Assembly: GCA_903864185.1 (NCBI GenBank)
Contig: CAIPEX010000009.1
Location: 44,281-108,280 of the forward strand
Length of the DNA stretch: 64,000 nt
Source of the DNA: an uncultured Chloroflexota bacterium
GTDB taxonomy: Bacteria; Chloroflexota; Limnocylindria; Limnocylindrales; Limnocylindraceae
Direction of reading: 5' to 3'
Shown piece by piece: positions 1-9,233 of this stretch. The notes beneath the pieces were generated by a model. That model worked only from the letters and a program-made list of their open reading frames with translations, did no database searches and was not told where the DNA came from. The stretch's first letter is position 1, and the number at the start of each line of letters is the position of its first letter. The position numbers were made by a program, and so were the translations under genes.

Positions 1-351
1 CGCACGAAGGCGATCTTTGAACGAACCGCCCGATCCATTACGGAGCAGGGTGGAACCATCCTGAAAGATGTCGCGTGGGGCCGTCGACGCATGGCCTACG
101 AGATTGATGGCGTACGCGACGGGGTCTACCAGATCATCGTCTTCGAGGCACCCGCATCGGCCGTTGCCGAAGTGGAGCGCGTCTTGCTCATCACCGAAGA
201 GGTGCTTCGCCACCTTGTCATCCGCGACGAGCGCAAGGGCGCCGCAGCGCTGCGTGACGATGTGATCGACGGCATTGCCGCCGCGAGCCTCGACGAAGAT
301 GAGATCCAGGCCGCTGCAGCTGCAAGTGAATTTGCAGCGAACGCGGAGTAG
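1..351 (+). CDS. rpsF: 30S ribosomal protein S6, 5'-truncated by window edge
   Basis: Translation ...WGRRRMAYEIDGVRDGVYQIIVFEAPASAVAEVERVLLITEEVLRHLVIRDE matches the S6 core. Followed by ssb and rpsR as in the conserved rpsF-ssb-rpsR cluster. Confidence 0.85.
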   Translation, partial: RTKAIFERTARSITEQGGTILKDVAWGRRRMAYEIDGVRDGVYQIIVFEAPASAVAEVERVLLITEEVLRHLVIRDERKGAAALRDDVIDGIAAASLDEDEIQAAAAASEFAANAE

Positions 352-359
352 GGGGCTCG

Positions 360-818
360 ATGACGTACGCACGTATTACCCTGATTGGCAACCTCGGTGC
401 CGACCCTGAACTCGCGTTCGATGCGCAGAACCGACCACGCCTCTCCATGCGCGTGGCGGTAACAGAGCGGCCACGTACTGCCAACGCGGAAGAGAAGACC
501 ACCTGGTATCGCGTGACCGTGTTCGGCCGCGCCGGTGCCGAGGATGGCAAGTCTCGTCCCGAGAAGCTTGCCGAGTTCTTGCGCAAGGGCCATGAGGTCT
601 TTGTGACCGGACGGCTCGAGGCTCGAACCTATGACGCGAAAGACGGCACAACGCAGATTGGCCTGAGCGTCGTTGCGGATGAGTTCGTGCTGCTGAAGTA
701 TCGGCCGCGCGACGCTGAGGGTGGGGCCCCTGCACGAGAGCAGGCTCCGCGACCAGCAGCGAGCACCGACGGTGGCTCGCAGGCCGCGCCAAACGATCTT
801 GACGACCTACCCTTCTAG
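360..818 (+). CDS. ssb: single-stranded DNA-binding protein
   Basis: OB-fold N-terminus (ITLIGNLGADPEL...WYRVTVFGRAGAE), Gly/Pro-rich linker and the C-terminal acidic tip ...DDLPF typical of bacterial SSB. Confidence 0.9.
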   Translation: MTYARITLIGNLGADPELAFDAQNRPRLSMRVAVTERPRTANAEEKTTWYRVTVFGRAGAEDGKSRPEKLAEFLRKGHEVFVTGRLEARTYDAKDGTTQIGLSVVADEFVLLKYRPRDAEGGAPAREQAPRPAASTDGGSQAAPNDLDDLPF

Positions 819-841
819 ATAGCAGCGAAAGGAGCATCACC

Positions 842-1111
842 ATGCCAGAGGCACCAAAGCGATTCAAGAAGCGAGACGACAAGTTCGGTGCAAGCCGACG
901 CCGTCGCGCCTGTTCATTCTGTACCGATAAGCAGGGGTACATCGATTACAAAGAGGTGAATCGTCTGCGCCGCTATCTTTCGGATCGCGCGCGGATTGAG
1001 CCACGACGTAAGACGGGGACCTGCGCACAGCATCAGCGGGAGCTCGGAATTTCGCTGAAGCGCGCCCGCCAGATGGCACTCCTCCCGTACGCGCCAGAGC
1101 ATCTGCGCTAG
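842..1111 (+). CDS. rpsR: 30S ribosomal protein S18
   Basis: CSFCTDKQGYIDYKEVNRLRRYLSDRARIEPRRKTGTCAQHQRELGISLKRARQMALLPY matches the S18 signature. Confidence 0.93.
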   Translation: MPEAPKRFKKRDDKFGASRRRRACSFCTDKQGYIDYKEVNRLRRYLSDRARIEPRRKTGTCAQHQRELGISLKRARQMALLPYAPEHLR

Positions 1112-1123
1112 TCGCGAGCGAGT

Positions 1124-2092
1124 ATGGCCACGGGAACGCCTCCAGCGGCCGGTTTCCCGAATGCAGAGCGCCTGATTGCCTACTTTGAGGGCGAGTACCG
1201 CCCGCTGAGCGAGGCCAAGATCGGGATCCTCTCGCATGCGTTCCTCTATGGGACGGCAACATTCGAGGGCGTGCGCGCGTATTGGAATGCCGATACGTCG
1301 ACGCTCTACGCCTTGAAACTCGACGAGCACCTGATGCGCCTTCGCAATTCAGCGAAGATCATGCTGATGGACCCGCTCCCGGATGTTGCTGAACTGCGAG
1401 GGATCATCCTTGAGTTGCTGCGCAAGAACGCATTCCGCGAGGATGTCTACGTTCGCCCAAGCGTCTACAAGAGCACCCAGGCAATCGGCGTGCGCCTGCA
1501 CGGACTGACAAATGACACGTATGTCGTTGCGGTGCCGTTTGGCGATTACGTCGACACCGCGAAGGGGCTTCGCTGCGCCACAGTATCGACGCGGCGCACA
1601 AGCGACCTTGCGATTCCAGCACGCGCGAAGATTGCCGGAAACTACGTGAACAGTGCCTTTGCGAAGAGTGAGGCCGGTTTGAGTGGCTTTGATGAGGCGA
1701 TCGTGCTCACCGAGGCAGGCAAGGTCTCGGAAGGGTCAGCAGAGAACCTCTTTATGGTGCGCGGCGGTCGCCTGATCACGCCAGGCGTCAACGACGACAT
1801 CCTCGAGGGGATCACGCGCGCGGGGATCGTCGAGATTGCACACGAGCTCGGGATCCCCGTGGTGGAGCGTCAGATCGATCGCAGCGAGCTCTACATTGCC
1901 GACGAGATCTTCCTTGTTGGCACTGGCGCGCAGGTTGCGCCGGTCTCCGAGGTCGACCACCGCACGATTGGTGCGGGCGGCACCGGCCCACTGACGAAGA
2001 AGATCCAAGATCGCTATTTCGATGCGGTGCGCGGGCGCCTTCCTCAGTACGAGCACTGGCTCACCCCGGTTACGAGCGTCTCGCCGCGCTAA
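1124..2092 (+). CDS. ilvE: branched-chain amino acid aminotransferase (class IV)
   Basis: 322 aa. Class IV aminotransferase fold motifs (EGVRAYW..., GTGAQVAPVSEVD) and length match IlvE. Confidence 0.8.
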   Translation: MATGTPPAAGFPNAERLIAYFEGEYRPLSEAKIGILSHAFLYGTATFEGVRAYWNADTSTLYALKLDEHLMRLRNSAKIMLMDPLPDVAELRGIILELLRKNAFREDVYVRPSVYKSTQAIGVRLHGLTNDTYVVAVPFGDYVDTAKGLRCATVSTRRTSDLAIPARAKIAGNYVNSAFAKSEAGLSGFDEAIVLTEAGKVSEGSAENLFMVRGGRLITPGVNDDILEGITRAGIVEIAHELGIPVVERQIDRSELYIADEIFLVGTGAQVAPVSEVDHRTIGAGGTGPLTKKIQDRYFDAVRGRLPQYEHWLTPVTSVSPR

Positions 2093-2097
2093 CCGCG

Positions 2098-3741
2098 CTA
2101 GGGGAGGGTCGGTAGGTCTGCCCCAGTAATGATCTGCACGTCAACGACAACCGTTGGGTCGTCAATGCGCGTCGCCTGCACGCCGAGGAGTCGTTCCAGT
2201 AATGCGAGTGTCGCTGGGATCCGCACCTCTGCCCCGTTGTAGACGATGAAGCGTGTGGTGAGGAGGCCGATCTCCGGTGAGGTGATCCCCGTCGGCACAA
2301 TGGCTGGCGCACCGTTATGGGCAAGCGCAGCGGCAAAGGCGGCGGCCTCACCGGGGCGCCCCGTCCCATTGAGCACCCAGACGCGTGCCCCTTCGCGATC
2401 GATTGCGCGCTTGGCGAGCTCTTCTGGGCTGGGCTCAGCTGCAAACGCTGCCTGGATGGCGGCGCGGATCTTTGTGACATTCGGGATCGTTACATAGCCG
2501 CGCTGGTCCATTGCAACCGTCTGGTAGTTCGGTGGCGAGAAGACAAGCGAGCGGAGGTTGGTTGTATCGATTCGGCTGATTAACTCAAGGAGGCGCGGGA
2601 GGTCGTCTTGCGGGAAGTCACTCTTCAGCGAATCTTTCAGGCTCGTGATGAGCCCGACGATATTTGTACGGATCGACTCAACATCGGTTTGTGCGCGAAT
2701 CGCTGCAATGACTTGCTGCTGCCTGGAGGCACGATCAAAGTCAGAGCTGCCATGGCGTGAGCGCGCAAAGATCAGAGCCTGCTCGCCGCTCATGCCATGC
2801 ACGCCGACCTGGATGCGCACGCGGCGCTGATAGCCTGGCGATGCGGGATACGTCTCATCAACGACAGGGTTCTGGGTGACGATCCGTACGCCATCAAGCG
2901 TGTCAACGATCTTCTGGAAACCTTTAAAGTTCACCATGACGGAATAGTCGATGGGGATGTCGTAGAACTCGCTGAGCATGGCGCGAAGGGCTGGCATCGG
3001 CCCATCGGTGAATACATCTGGATGGTGGCGAGCAATAGCGTAGTAACTATTGATCTTGTTGTTGTACGCATCACCGTAGAGGCCTTGTGCACTGGGCGGG
3101 ACGGGGAAGTCGACCGTGTCGCGCGGAATGCTGAACATGGTGACTGAGCCTTTGATCGGATCGACACTCGCAACGATGAGCGTATCAGTATTAAAGTCGG
3201 CGCTACCACCGCGTTGGTCGATTCCGACAAGGAGTACATTCAGTCGACTCTTCCCGTCCCAGTGCGCTGTGCCACCACTTGGATCTGGAGCCGCTGAGCC
3301 GTCCGGATTACTGAAGATGCCGCCGACAAGATCTGACGCGGTCGTGATCCACCCGCTGATATAGAAGTGCAAGCTGCTGCTCACCACAACGGCGAGCGCG
3401 AGGCCAACGAGGGAACTGATGAGCGGGCGTACGCCCCCGACACGAACGAATGAGCCGCGCCAAGCATCGACGGCAGAGGCGGCGCGCCAGATGCCCGCAA
3501 GGATGTTCACGATGCCAGCAATGCTCAGGCCAAGCGGCGAGATCAGTGCACCAGCGAGGCCACCAAGCCCCTCTGCAACGTAGATACCTGCAACGAGCGC
3601 GGTGATGAGGAAGAGCGGGGAGGCAAAGAGGAGTGCGGCGTGCCAGCGGCGCTGATAGGCCTGGCCGAGTCCAGGGATGAGCATGGAGAGTACTGCTGCC
3701 GTAAAGGCGGAGGAGCGGGGGGCTGGCGTCTGGATGCTCAT
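2098..3741 (-). CDS. LytR-CpsA-Psr (LCP) family cell-envelope phosphotransferase, membrane-anchored, with LytR_C domain
   Basis: N-terminal TM segment, LCP core (LNVLLVGIDQRGG...TDTLIVASVDP...SIPRDT) and C-terminal LytR_C-like domain. The ORF is open to 3819, but MSIQ at 3741 is the more plausible start. Confidence 0.75.
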   Translation of the reverse strand: MSIQTPAPRSSAFTAAVLSMLIPGLGQAYQRRWHAALLFASPLFLITALVAGIYVAEGLGGLAGALISPLGLSIAGIVNILAGIWRAASAVDAWRGSFVRVGGVRPLISSLVGLALAVVVSSSLHFYISGWITTASDLVGGIFSNPDGSAAPDPSGGTAHWDGKSRLNVLLVGIDQRGGSADFNTDTLIVASVDPIKGSVTMFSIPRDTVDFPVPPSAQGLYGDAYNNKINSYYAIARHHPDVFTDGPMPALRAMLSEFYDIPIDYSVMVNFKGFQKIVDTLDGVRIVTQNPVVDETYPASPGYQRRVRIQVGVHGMSGEQALIFARSRHGSSDFDRASRQQQVIAAIRAQTDVESIRTNIVGLITSLKDSLKSDFPQDDLPRLLELISRIDTTNLRSLVFSPPNYQTVAMDQRGYVTIPNVTKIRAAIQAAFAAEPSPEELAKRAIDREGARVWVLNGTGRPGEAAAFAAALAHNGAPAIVPTGITSPEIGLLTTRFIVYNGAEVRIPATLALLERLLGVQATRIDDPTVVVDVQIITGADLPTLP

Positions 3742-3821
3742 ATGCGCACGATAGCGCCTCGCTGCGAGAGCCGCGGAGGGCGTGTTTGCCTTCGTGAGGG
3801 TGGCGTGGCACGCTCTCACCT

Positions 3822-6800
3822 ATGACAGCACCCAGCACCGCCCGGCCAGACCTTGTTGCACTCGAACACGAGATGCTTGCGCGTTGGCGTGCCGAGGGGA
3901 CATTTGAGCGTCTGCGCGCACAGACAGCTGGCGGTACCCCGTGGTCATTCCTTGACGGGCCGATCACCGCCAACAATCCGATGGGGGTGCACCACGCATG
4001 GGGGCGCACCTACAAAGATCTCTTCCAACGCTTTCACGCTTCGCTTGGAAAAGAGTTGCGTTGGCAGCAGGGTTTTGACTGCCAGGGGCTTTGGGTCGAG
4101 GTCAATGTTGAACGTGAGCTCGGCTACACCTCAAAGCGACAAATTGAAGAGCAGGGACTTGCAGGCTTTATCTCCCTCTGCAAGCAGCGCGTCCTCACGT
4201 ACGCTGCCCGTCAAACGGAGCAGTCGATCCGGCTTGGGATGTGGATGGACTGGAACAAGCCAGAAGAGCTCTTGAAGCTTCGCGATGCCCTCGCGCGTGA
4301 TCCACTCGCAACTGTTGAGATCGCTGGTGTAACGGGAGCCGTATCTGGCAGCGTGGAAGAGGTGATCGGTCAACTCGGCAGTGCAGAGGTGGGCGGCTCG
4401 TACTTCACGTTCTCGGATGAGAACAATGACTTGATCTGGACCTTCCTTGCAAAATGTCACGAGCGTGGCTGGCTCTACAAGGGGAATGACAGCATGCCCT
4501 GGTGCGCCCGCTGCGGCACGGGGATCAGCCAGCACGAGATGACGGAAGGGTATGCCGACCGCGAGGACCCTTCGGTCTACTTTGCGCTCCCGCTCGTTGA
4601 TCGGCCGGGTGAGGCACTCGTTGCATGGACCACCACACCGTGGACGATCCCTGCGAATGTTGCAGCGGCAGTGCACCCCGACCTCGACTACGACCTCGTT
4701 GAGTTTGACGGGCGCAAACTCTGGATCGGCAGTGCACGACGTGCCGCAGCACTCGGCGGCGGTGCACCTCGCGCAACGACGATCGAGACGCGCAAGGGTG
4801 CCGAGCTCGTTGGGTGGTGCTACCGCGCACCGTTCGATGAGCAGCCTGCCGTTGCTGCAGCACTCGGCGCTGATGGTGCCGCACATCGCGTCCTGGCATG
4901 GACGGAGGTCGGTGCGACAGAGGGCACCTGCATCGTGCACATTGCCCCCGCATGTGGCAGCGAAGACCATGCACTCGGCGTCGCCGAGGGGCTACCGATG
5001 ATCTCGCCGATTGATGAGAGCGGTATCTACCTTGATGGCTTCGGCGAACTCACTGGCCTCGCCTGGGATGCGGTAACCGAGCGTGTCTTTGCTGCGCTAG
5101 AAACGGCTGGGAGCCTGGTGCGGCGCGAGCGCATCACCCACCGTTATCCGCACTGTTGGCGCTGTTCAACGCCGCTCGTCTTCCGCCTCGTTGATGAGTG
5201 GTTCATCAGCATGGGGCCGGTCTACGAGAAGCCGCGAGACCAACTCTCGCCAGCAGAGATTGCAGCAAGCCTGCGCTACCAGATCATGCAGAGCGTTGAT
5301 GCGATCACCTGGCATCCTTCGTTCGGCTATGAGCGCGAGCTCGACTGGCTCAAGAACATGAGCGACTGGATGATCTCAAAGAAGCGCTACTGGGGCCTTG
5401 CCCTGCCGATCTATCCGTGCACGGCATGCGACACGGTTGAGGTGGTCGGTTCGCGCAAAGAACTTGAGTCGCGGGCGATCTCAGGTGCAGAAGAGCTGAA
5501 GGGGCGCAGTGCGCACCGTCCATACATTGATGCCGTAACGATCGCCTGCTCCTCATGTAGCGCACCTGTCACGCGTATCCCCGATGTTGGGAACCCGTGG
5601 CTCGATGCCGGTATCGTCTCGTTCTCAACGATGCGCTATCGCGACGACCCAGAGTATTGGAAGCGCTGGTTCCCCGCGGAGTTGATCACTGAGAGTTTCC
5701 CTGGGCAGTTCCGTAACTGGTTCTATTCGCTCCTTGCCATGTCTACCGTTATGGCAGGTGCGGCACCAACGCGGAACGTCTTCGGCTACGGGCTCGTCTT
5801 TGCGGCCGATGGACGCCAGATGCACAAGAGCTGGGGCAACTCCATTGAATTTGACGAGGCGGCAGACCGCATGGGTGCAGACGTCATGCGCTGGCTCTTC
5901 GCCGGATCGCGTCCAGAAGAGAACGTCCACTTTGGTTGGGATGCAGCAGACGAGACGCGCCGCCGCCTCCTTGTGCTTTGGAACGTCAATTCGTTCTTCA
6001 CCGCATACGCCGAAGCTGCGCAGTGGAGTCCAACTGCATCGGCCCCCGAACCTGCGCAGCGCCCGGTCATCGACCGCTGGATCTTGAGTCGATCTGCCGA
6101 GTTGGCAACAAGCGTCGAGCACTCGCTGGCGAGCTACGATCCGCAGCGCGCCGTACGACGCCTTGAAGAGGGGATCGACGAACTCTCCACCTGGTATCTC
6201 CGCCGCACGCGCGATCGTTTTACTGCTGCTCCAGGGGCCGATCGCGATGCAGCGTTCGCCACGCTCCACACTGCCCTCCTGACCCTCTTGCGTGTGGCAG
6301 CGCCAATCTCGCCGTTCATGACAGACGCGCTCTATCGCGAGCTTGCGGGGCAGCCAGTCGATGTCGGCACACCGCAGGCACTGACGGAGCCGCTTGCCGC
6401 TGCCATTGCAGGTGGCCGCGCACCCTCCTCCATCCACCTTCTCCCGTGGCCGAGCCGTGAGAGTGCTGCGTGGCGCGACGAGGAGCTTGAGGGAGCGATG
6501 GCAATGGTGATTCGCGCAGCAGAACTCGGGCGTGCTGTGCGTTCAGCCGCAGGGATTCGCACGCGACAGCCACTGAGCCTCGCGCGCGTGGTCCTTGGCA
6601 CTGGTGCCTCTGCTCCAGCAGAACTCCTCACCATCCTCGGGGATGAGTTGAATGTCCAGCATGTGGAGCAGGTGGATGATGCCTCGGGACTCTTTGAACG
6701 GCGCGTCAAGGTGCTCTTGCCAAAGGTCGGGAAGCGACTTGGCGCATCGATGCAGGCGGTGGTGCAGGCGGCACGTGAAGGTGCAGTGGAGTTCCTTCCT

Positions 6801-7196
6801 GGCGGAGGCGTAAGGATCGCGGGCGTCGAGTTGGCGGCGGATGAGATTGAGGTACAGGCTGCAGCACGTGACGATCGTCATGTTGCGGAGCGAGACGGAG
6901 TGGTTGTTGAGCTCGACATAACGCTCACCCCTGAGCTCCTTCTGGCCGGCGATATTCGTGAGTTGACGCGTGCGATTCAAGAGGCGCGCAAGGTTGCGGG
7001 CATGGTGGTGAGTGAGCGTGCCGATGTTGAGATCTACGGCGGGTCTGGCGAGCTTTCGGCGCGTCACGGCGAGATCGCCCACGCTGTTGGCGCCGAGAGC
7101 GTCACCTTCCATGCATCCACGGGCCCAGCGCATGCCGTGAGCGTGCCCATCTCGAGTGGCGAAGTGGGCGTTGTCGTCCGACGAGTAGGAGCATGA
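3822..7196 (+). CDS. ileS: isoleucyl-tRNA synthetase, type 2 (eukaryote/actinobacterial-like)
   Basis: 1124 aa. HIGH region PITANNPMGVHHAWGRTYKDLFQRF and KMSKS variant GRQMHKSWGN, with an IleS2-type C-terminus. Confidence 0.93.
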   Translation: MTAPSTARPDLVALEHEMLARWRAEGTFERLRAQTAGGTPWSFLDGPITANNPMGVHHAWGRTYKDLFQRFHASLGKELRWQQGFDCQGLWVEVNVERELGYTSKRQIEEQGLAGFISLCKQRVLTYAARQTEQSIRLGMWMDWNKPEELLKLRDALARDPLATVEIAGVTGAVSGSVEEVIGQLGSAEVGGSYFTFSDENNDLIWTFLAKCHERGWLYKGNDSMPWCARCGTGISQHEMTEGYADREDPSVYFALPLVDRPGEALVAWTTTPWTIPANVAAAVHPDLDYDLVEFDGRKLWIGSARRAAALGGGAPRATTIETRKGAELVGWCYRAPFDEQPAVAAALGADGAAHRVLAWTEVGATEGTCIVHIAPACGSEDHALGVAEGLPMISPIDESGIYLDGFGELTGLAWDAVTERVFAALETAGSLVRRERITHRYPHCWRCSTPLVFRLVDEWFISMGPVYEKPRDQLSPAEIAASLRYQIMQSVDAITWHPSFGYERELDWLKNMSDWMISKKRYWGLALPIYPCTACDTVEVVGSRKELESRAISGAEELKGRSAHRPYIDAVTIACSSCSAPVTRIPDVGNPWLDAGIVSFSTMRYRDDPEYWKRWFPAELITESFPGQFRNWFYSLLAMSTVMAGAAPTRNVFGYGLVFAADGRQMHKSWGNSIEFDEAADRMGADVMRWLFAGSRPEENVHFGWDAADETRRRLLVLWNVNSFFTAYAEAAQWSPTASAPEPAQRPVIDRWILSRSAELATSVEHSLASYDPQRAVRRLEEGIDELSTWYLRRTRDRFTAAPGADRDAAFATLHTALLTLLRVAAPISPFMTDALYRELAGQPVDVGTPQALTEPLAAAIAGGRAPSSIHLLPWPSRESAAWRDEELEGAMAMVIRAAELGRAVRSAAGIRTRQPLSLARVVLGTGASAPAELLTILGDELNVQHVEQVDDASGLFERRVKVLLPKVGKRLGASMQAVVQAAREGAVEFLPGGGVRIAGVELAADEIEVQAAARDDRHVAERDGVVVELDITLTPELLLAGDIRELTRAIQEARKVAGMVVSERADVEIYGGSGELSARHGEIAHAVGAESVTFHASTGPAHAVSVPISSGEVGVVVRRVGA

Positions 7197-7669
7197 AGCG
7201 CCAGCTTTTCGCTGGCCTGAGCCTGCTGATCATCGTGATCGACCGAGTCAGCAAAGGCTGGATTGCCGCGCAGGTACCCGGCGGCCAGCAGGTTGAACTT
7301 CTCGGACCATACCTTCGCCTTGTGCACGGCGAAAACCGCGGCGGCCTCTTTGGTCTCATGCAGGGAAGCGCACCAATTCTCGGCCTCTTGAGCATCGGGG
7401 TCATTGTTGGCCTCATCATTCTCCATGAGCGTGAGACGGGTCTGCGACCTACGCTCCTGACACTTGGCGTGGCGGGGCTCGTCGGTGGCGCAATTGGCAA
7501 TCTCATTGATCGGTTTACGCTCGGCTACGTGTTGGACTTTATCGATATGGGGATCGGGAGTTCACGATTCTGGACATTCAACGTTGCAGATATGGGGATC
7601 ACCATTGGGATCTGCCTCCTCCTTGCAGACGGACTCCTTCCGGACAAAAGTCGCTGGCGCCTCCGATGA
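7193..7669 (+). CDS. lspA: lipoprotein signal peptidase II
   Basis: VHGENRGGLFG and FNVADMGI motifs in a four-TM profile. Overlaps the ileS stop by 4 nt, matching the conserved ileS-lspA pair. Confidence 0.88.
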   Translation: MKRQLFAGLSLLIIVIDRVSKGWIAAQVPGGQQVELLGPYLRLVHGENRGGLFGLMQGSAPILGLLSIGVIVGLIILHERETGLRPTLLTLGVAGLVGGAIGNLIDRFTLGYVLDFIDMGIGSSRFWTFNVADMGITIGICLLLADGLLPDKSRWRLR

Positions 7670-8610
7670 GCGAGCGACGGCTGATTGATCTCCCAATCCC
7701 ACCTGAAGCGGCACGCCAGCGTGTCGATCGGTTTGTTGCAGACCGCGCGGGGCTCTCGCGCACATTCGTGCAGCGGCTCATCAGTGGGGGGCACCTCACG
7801 ATGGATGGACAGGTCGTACGCGCAAGCAGCACGCTCACGCCAGGTGGCGTGCTCCACTTGGAGATCCCACCCGTTGCAGAGACAACCTTGAATGCAGAGG
7901 ATATTCCGATCACCGTCGTCTATGAGGATGAAGATATTGTCGTTGTGAATAAGCCAGCGGGACTAGTCGTGCATCCAGCGCCTGGCCATGCAACGGGTAC
8001 GCTCGTTAACGCACTGCTCCATCACGTTGAAGAACTTCCCGGGATCGCTGGTGTTGCACGCCCAGGCCTTGTGCATCGCCTCGACAAAGACACCTCCGGT
8101 CTCTTGATCGTCGCGAAGGGGGACCTTGCACAGTCAAGCCTCATGGCGCAGCTGAAAGCACGACGTGTGAAGAAGACGTATCTCGCACTCGTGCAAGGTG
8201 CCGTCGCTGCTGAGGTGGGTCGCATCGAGGCGCCAATCGGCCGTGATCCACTTGAACGCAAGCGCATGGCTGTCGTTGCCGGCGGGCGCGAAGCGACGAC
8301 TGGCTACCGCGTGCGTGAACGGTTTGCAGGCTGGACACTCCTTGAGGTCGACCTCGTCACCGGACGCACCCACCAGATTCGCGTCCACCTGACCGAGATC
8401 CATCACCCCATTGCAGGCGACCCTACGTATGGCAACGGCACGAGCCGTCGTGGCCCAGAAGGGCTGACCCGCCTCTTCCTCCATGCCTGGCGCGTCAGCT
8501 TTACGCACCCGCGCGATGGACGACTCATGCGCCTTGAGGCGGAGCTCCCGCCAGAACTTCTCGCGCCGCTCGATGCGCTACGGTTGGCCTCCAGTAGATC
8601 GGAGGGGTGA
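7666..8610 (+). CDS. rluD: 23S rRNA pseudouridine synthase, RluA/RluD family, with S4 domain
   Basis: S4-like N-terminus, catalytic HRLDKDTSGLLIVAKG motif and KTYLALVQG. 4-nt overlap with lspA. Confidence 0.85.
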   Translation: MSERRLIDLPIPPEAARQRVDRFVADRAGLSRTFVQRLISGGHLTMDGQVVRASSTLTPGGVLHLEIPPVAETTLNAEDIPITVVYEDEDIVVVNKPAGLVVHPAPGHATGTLVNALLHHVEELPGIAGVARPGLVHRLDKDTSGLLIVAKGDLAQSSLMAQLKARRVKKTYLALVQGAVAAEVGRIEAPIGRDPLERKRMAVVAGGREATTGYRVRERFAGWTLLEVDLVTGRTHQIRVHLTEIHHPIAGDPTYGNGTSRRGPEGLTRLFLHAWRVSFTHPRDGRLMRLEAELPPELLAPLDALRLASSRSEG

Positions 8611-9233
8611 TGGAGCCACAGCAACGCGATGGGGCACCTGGCGCTCAGGTCATCGTGATCTCTGGCCCAAGCGGCGTGGGGAAAGACACCATCATCAATG
8701 AGTTGCGCCGCCGCCCCATCGGACAGGCGTTCCACTACGTGGTCACCTGCACCACGCGCAAGCCGCGCACGGGTGAAATGAACGGCGTCCACTACCACTT
8801 CCAGACCCCAGAAAGCTTTGAGGAACTACGCGCTGCTGGAGAGCTTCTCGAGCATGCCACCGTTCACGGTCGCTCGTATGGCACCCCGCGTGAAGAGGTA
8901 CGCACGGCACTCGCTGCTGGGCAGGATGCGCTGTGCAAGATCGACGTGCAGGGCGCACGAAGCATTCGAGCGATCATCCCTGAGGCGCTCTTGATCTTCA
9001 TTGCACCGCCATCACCTGAGGCGCTCGCACAGCGACTTGCTGGTCGTGGGACCGAGAGCGCAGAACAGCTCGTTGCCCGCGCGCACACTGCAATGGTTGA
9101 GATGGAGCGCGCAGGCGAATATGACTACATGGTGATGAATGAGACTGGCTACCCCGAAGAGGCTGCCGCTGAGGTGGAGCGAATCGTTCTCGCTGAGCGT
9201 GCCCGTCACCCGGAGCGCCGGATCCGAGTGTGA
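8607..9233 (+). CDS. gmk: guanylate kinase
   Basis: P-loop ISGPSGVGKDT, TTRKPRTGEMNGVHYHF and typical length. Confidence 0.9.
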   Translation: MMEPQQRDGAPGAQVIVISGPSGVGKDTIINELRRRPIGQAFHYVVTCTTRKPRTGEMNGVHYHFQTPESFEELRAAGELLEHATVHGRSYGTPREEVRTALAAGQDALCKIDVQGARSIRAIIPEALLIFIAPPSPEALAQRLAGRGTESAEQLVARAHTAMVEMERAGEYDYMVMNETGYPEEAAAEVERIVLAERARHPERRIRV

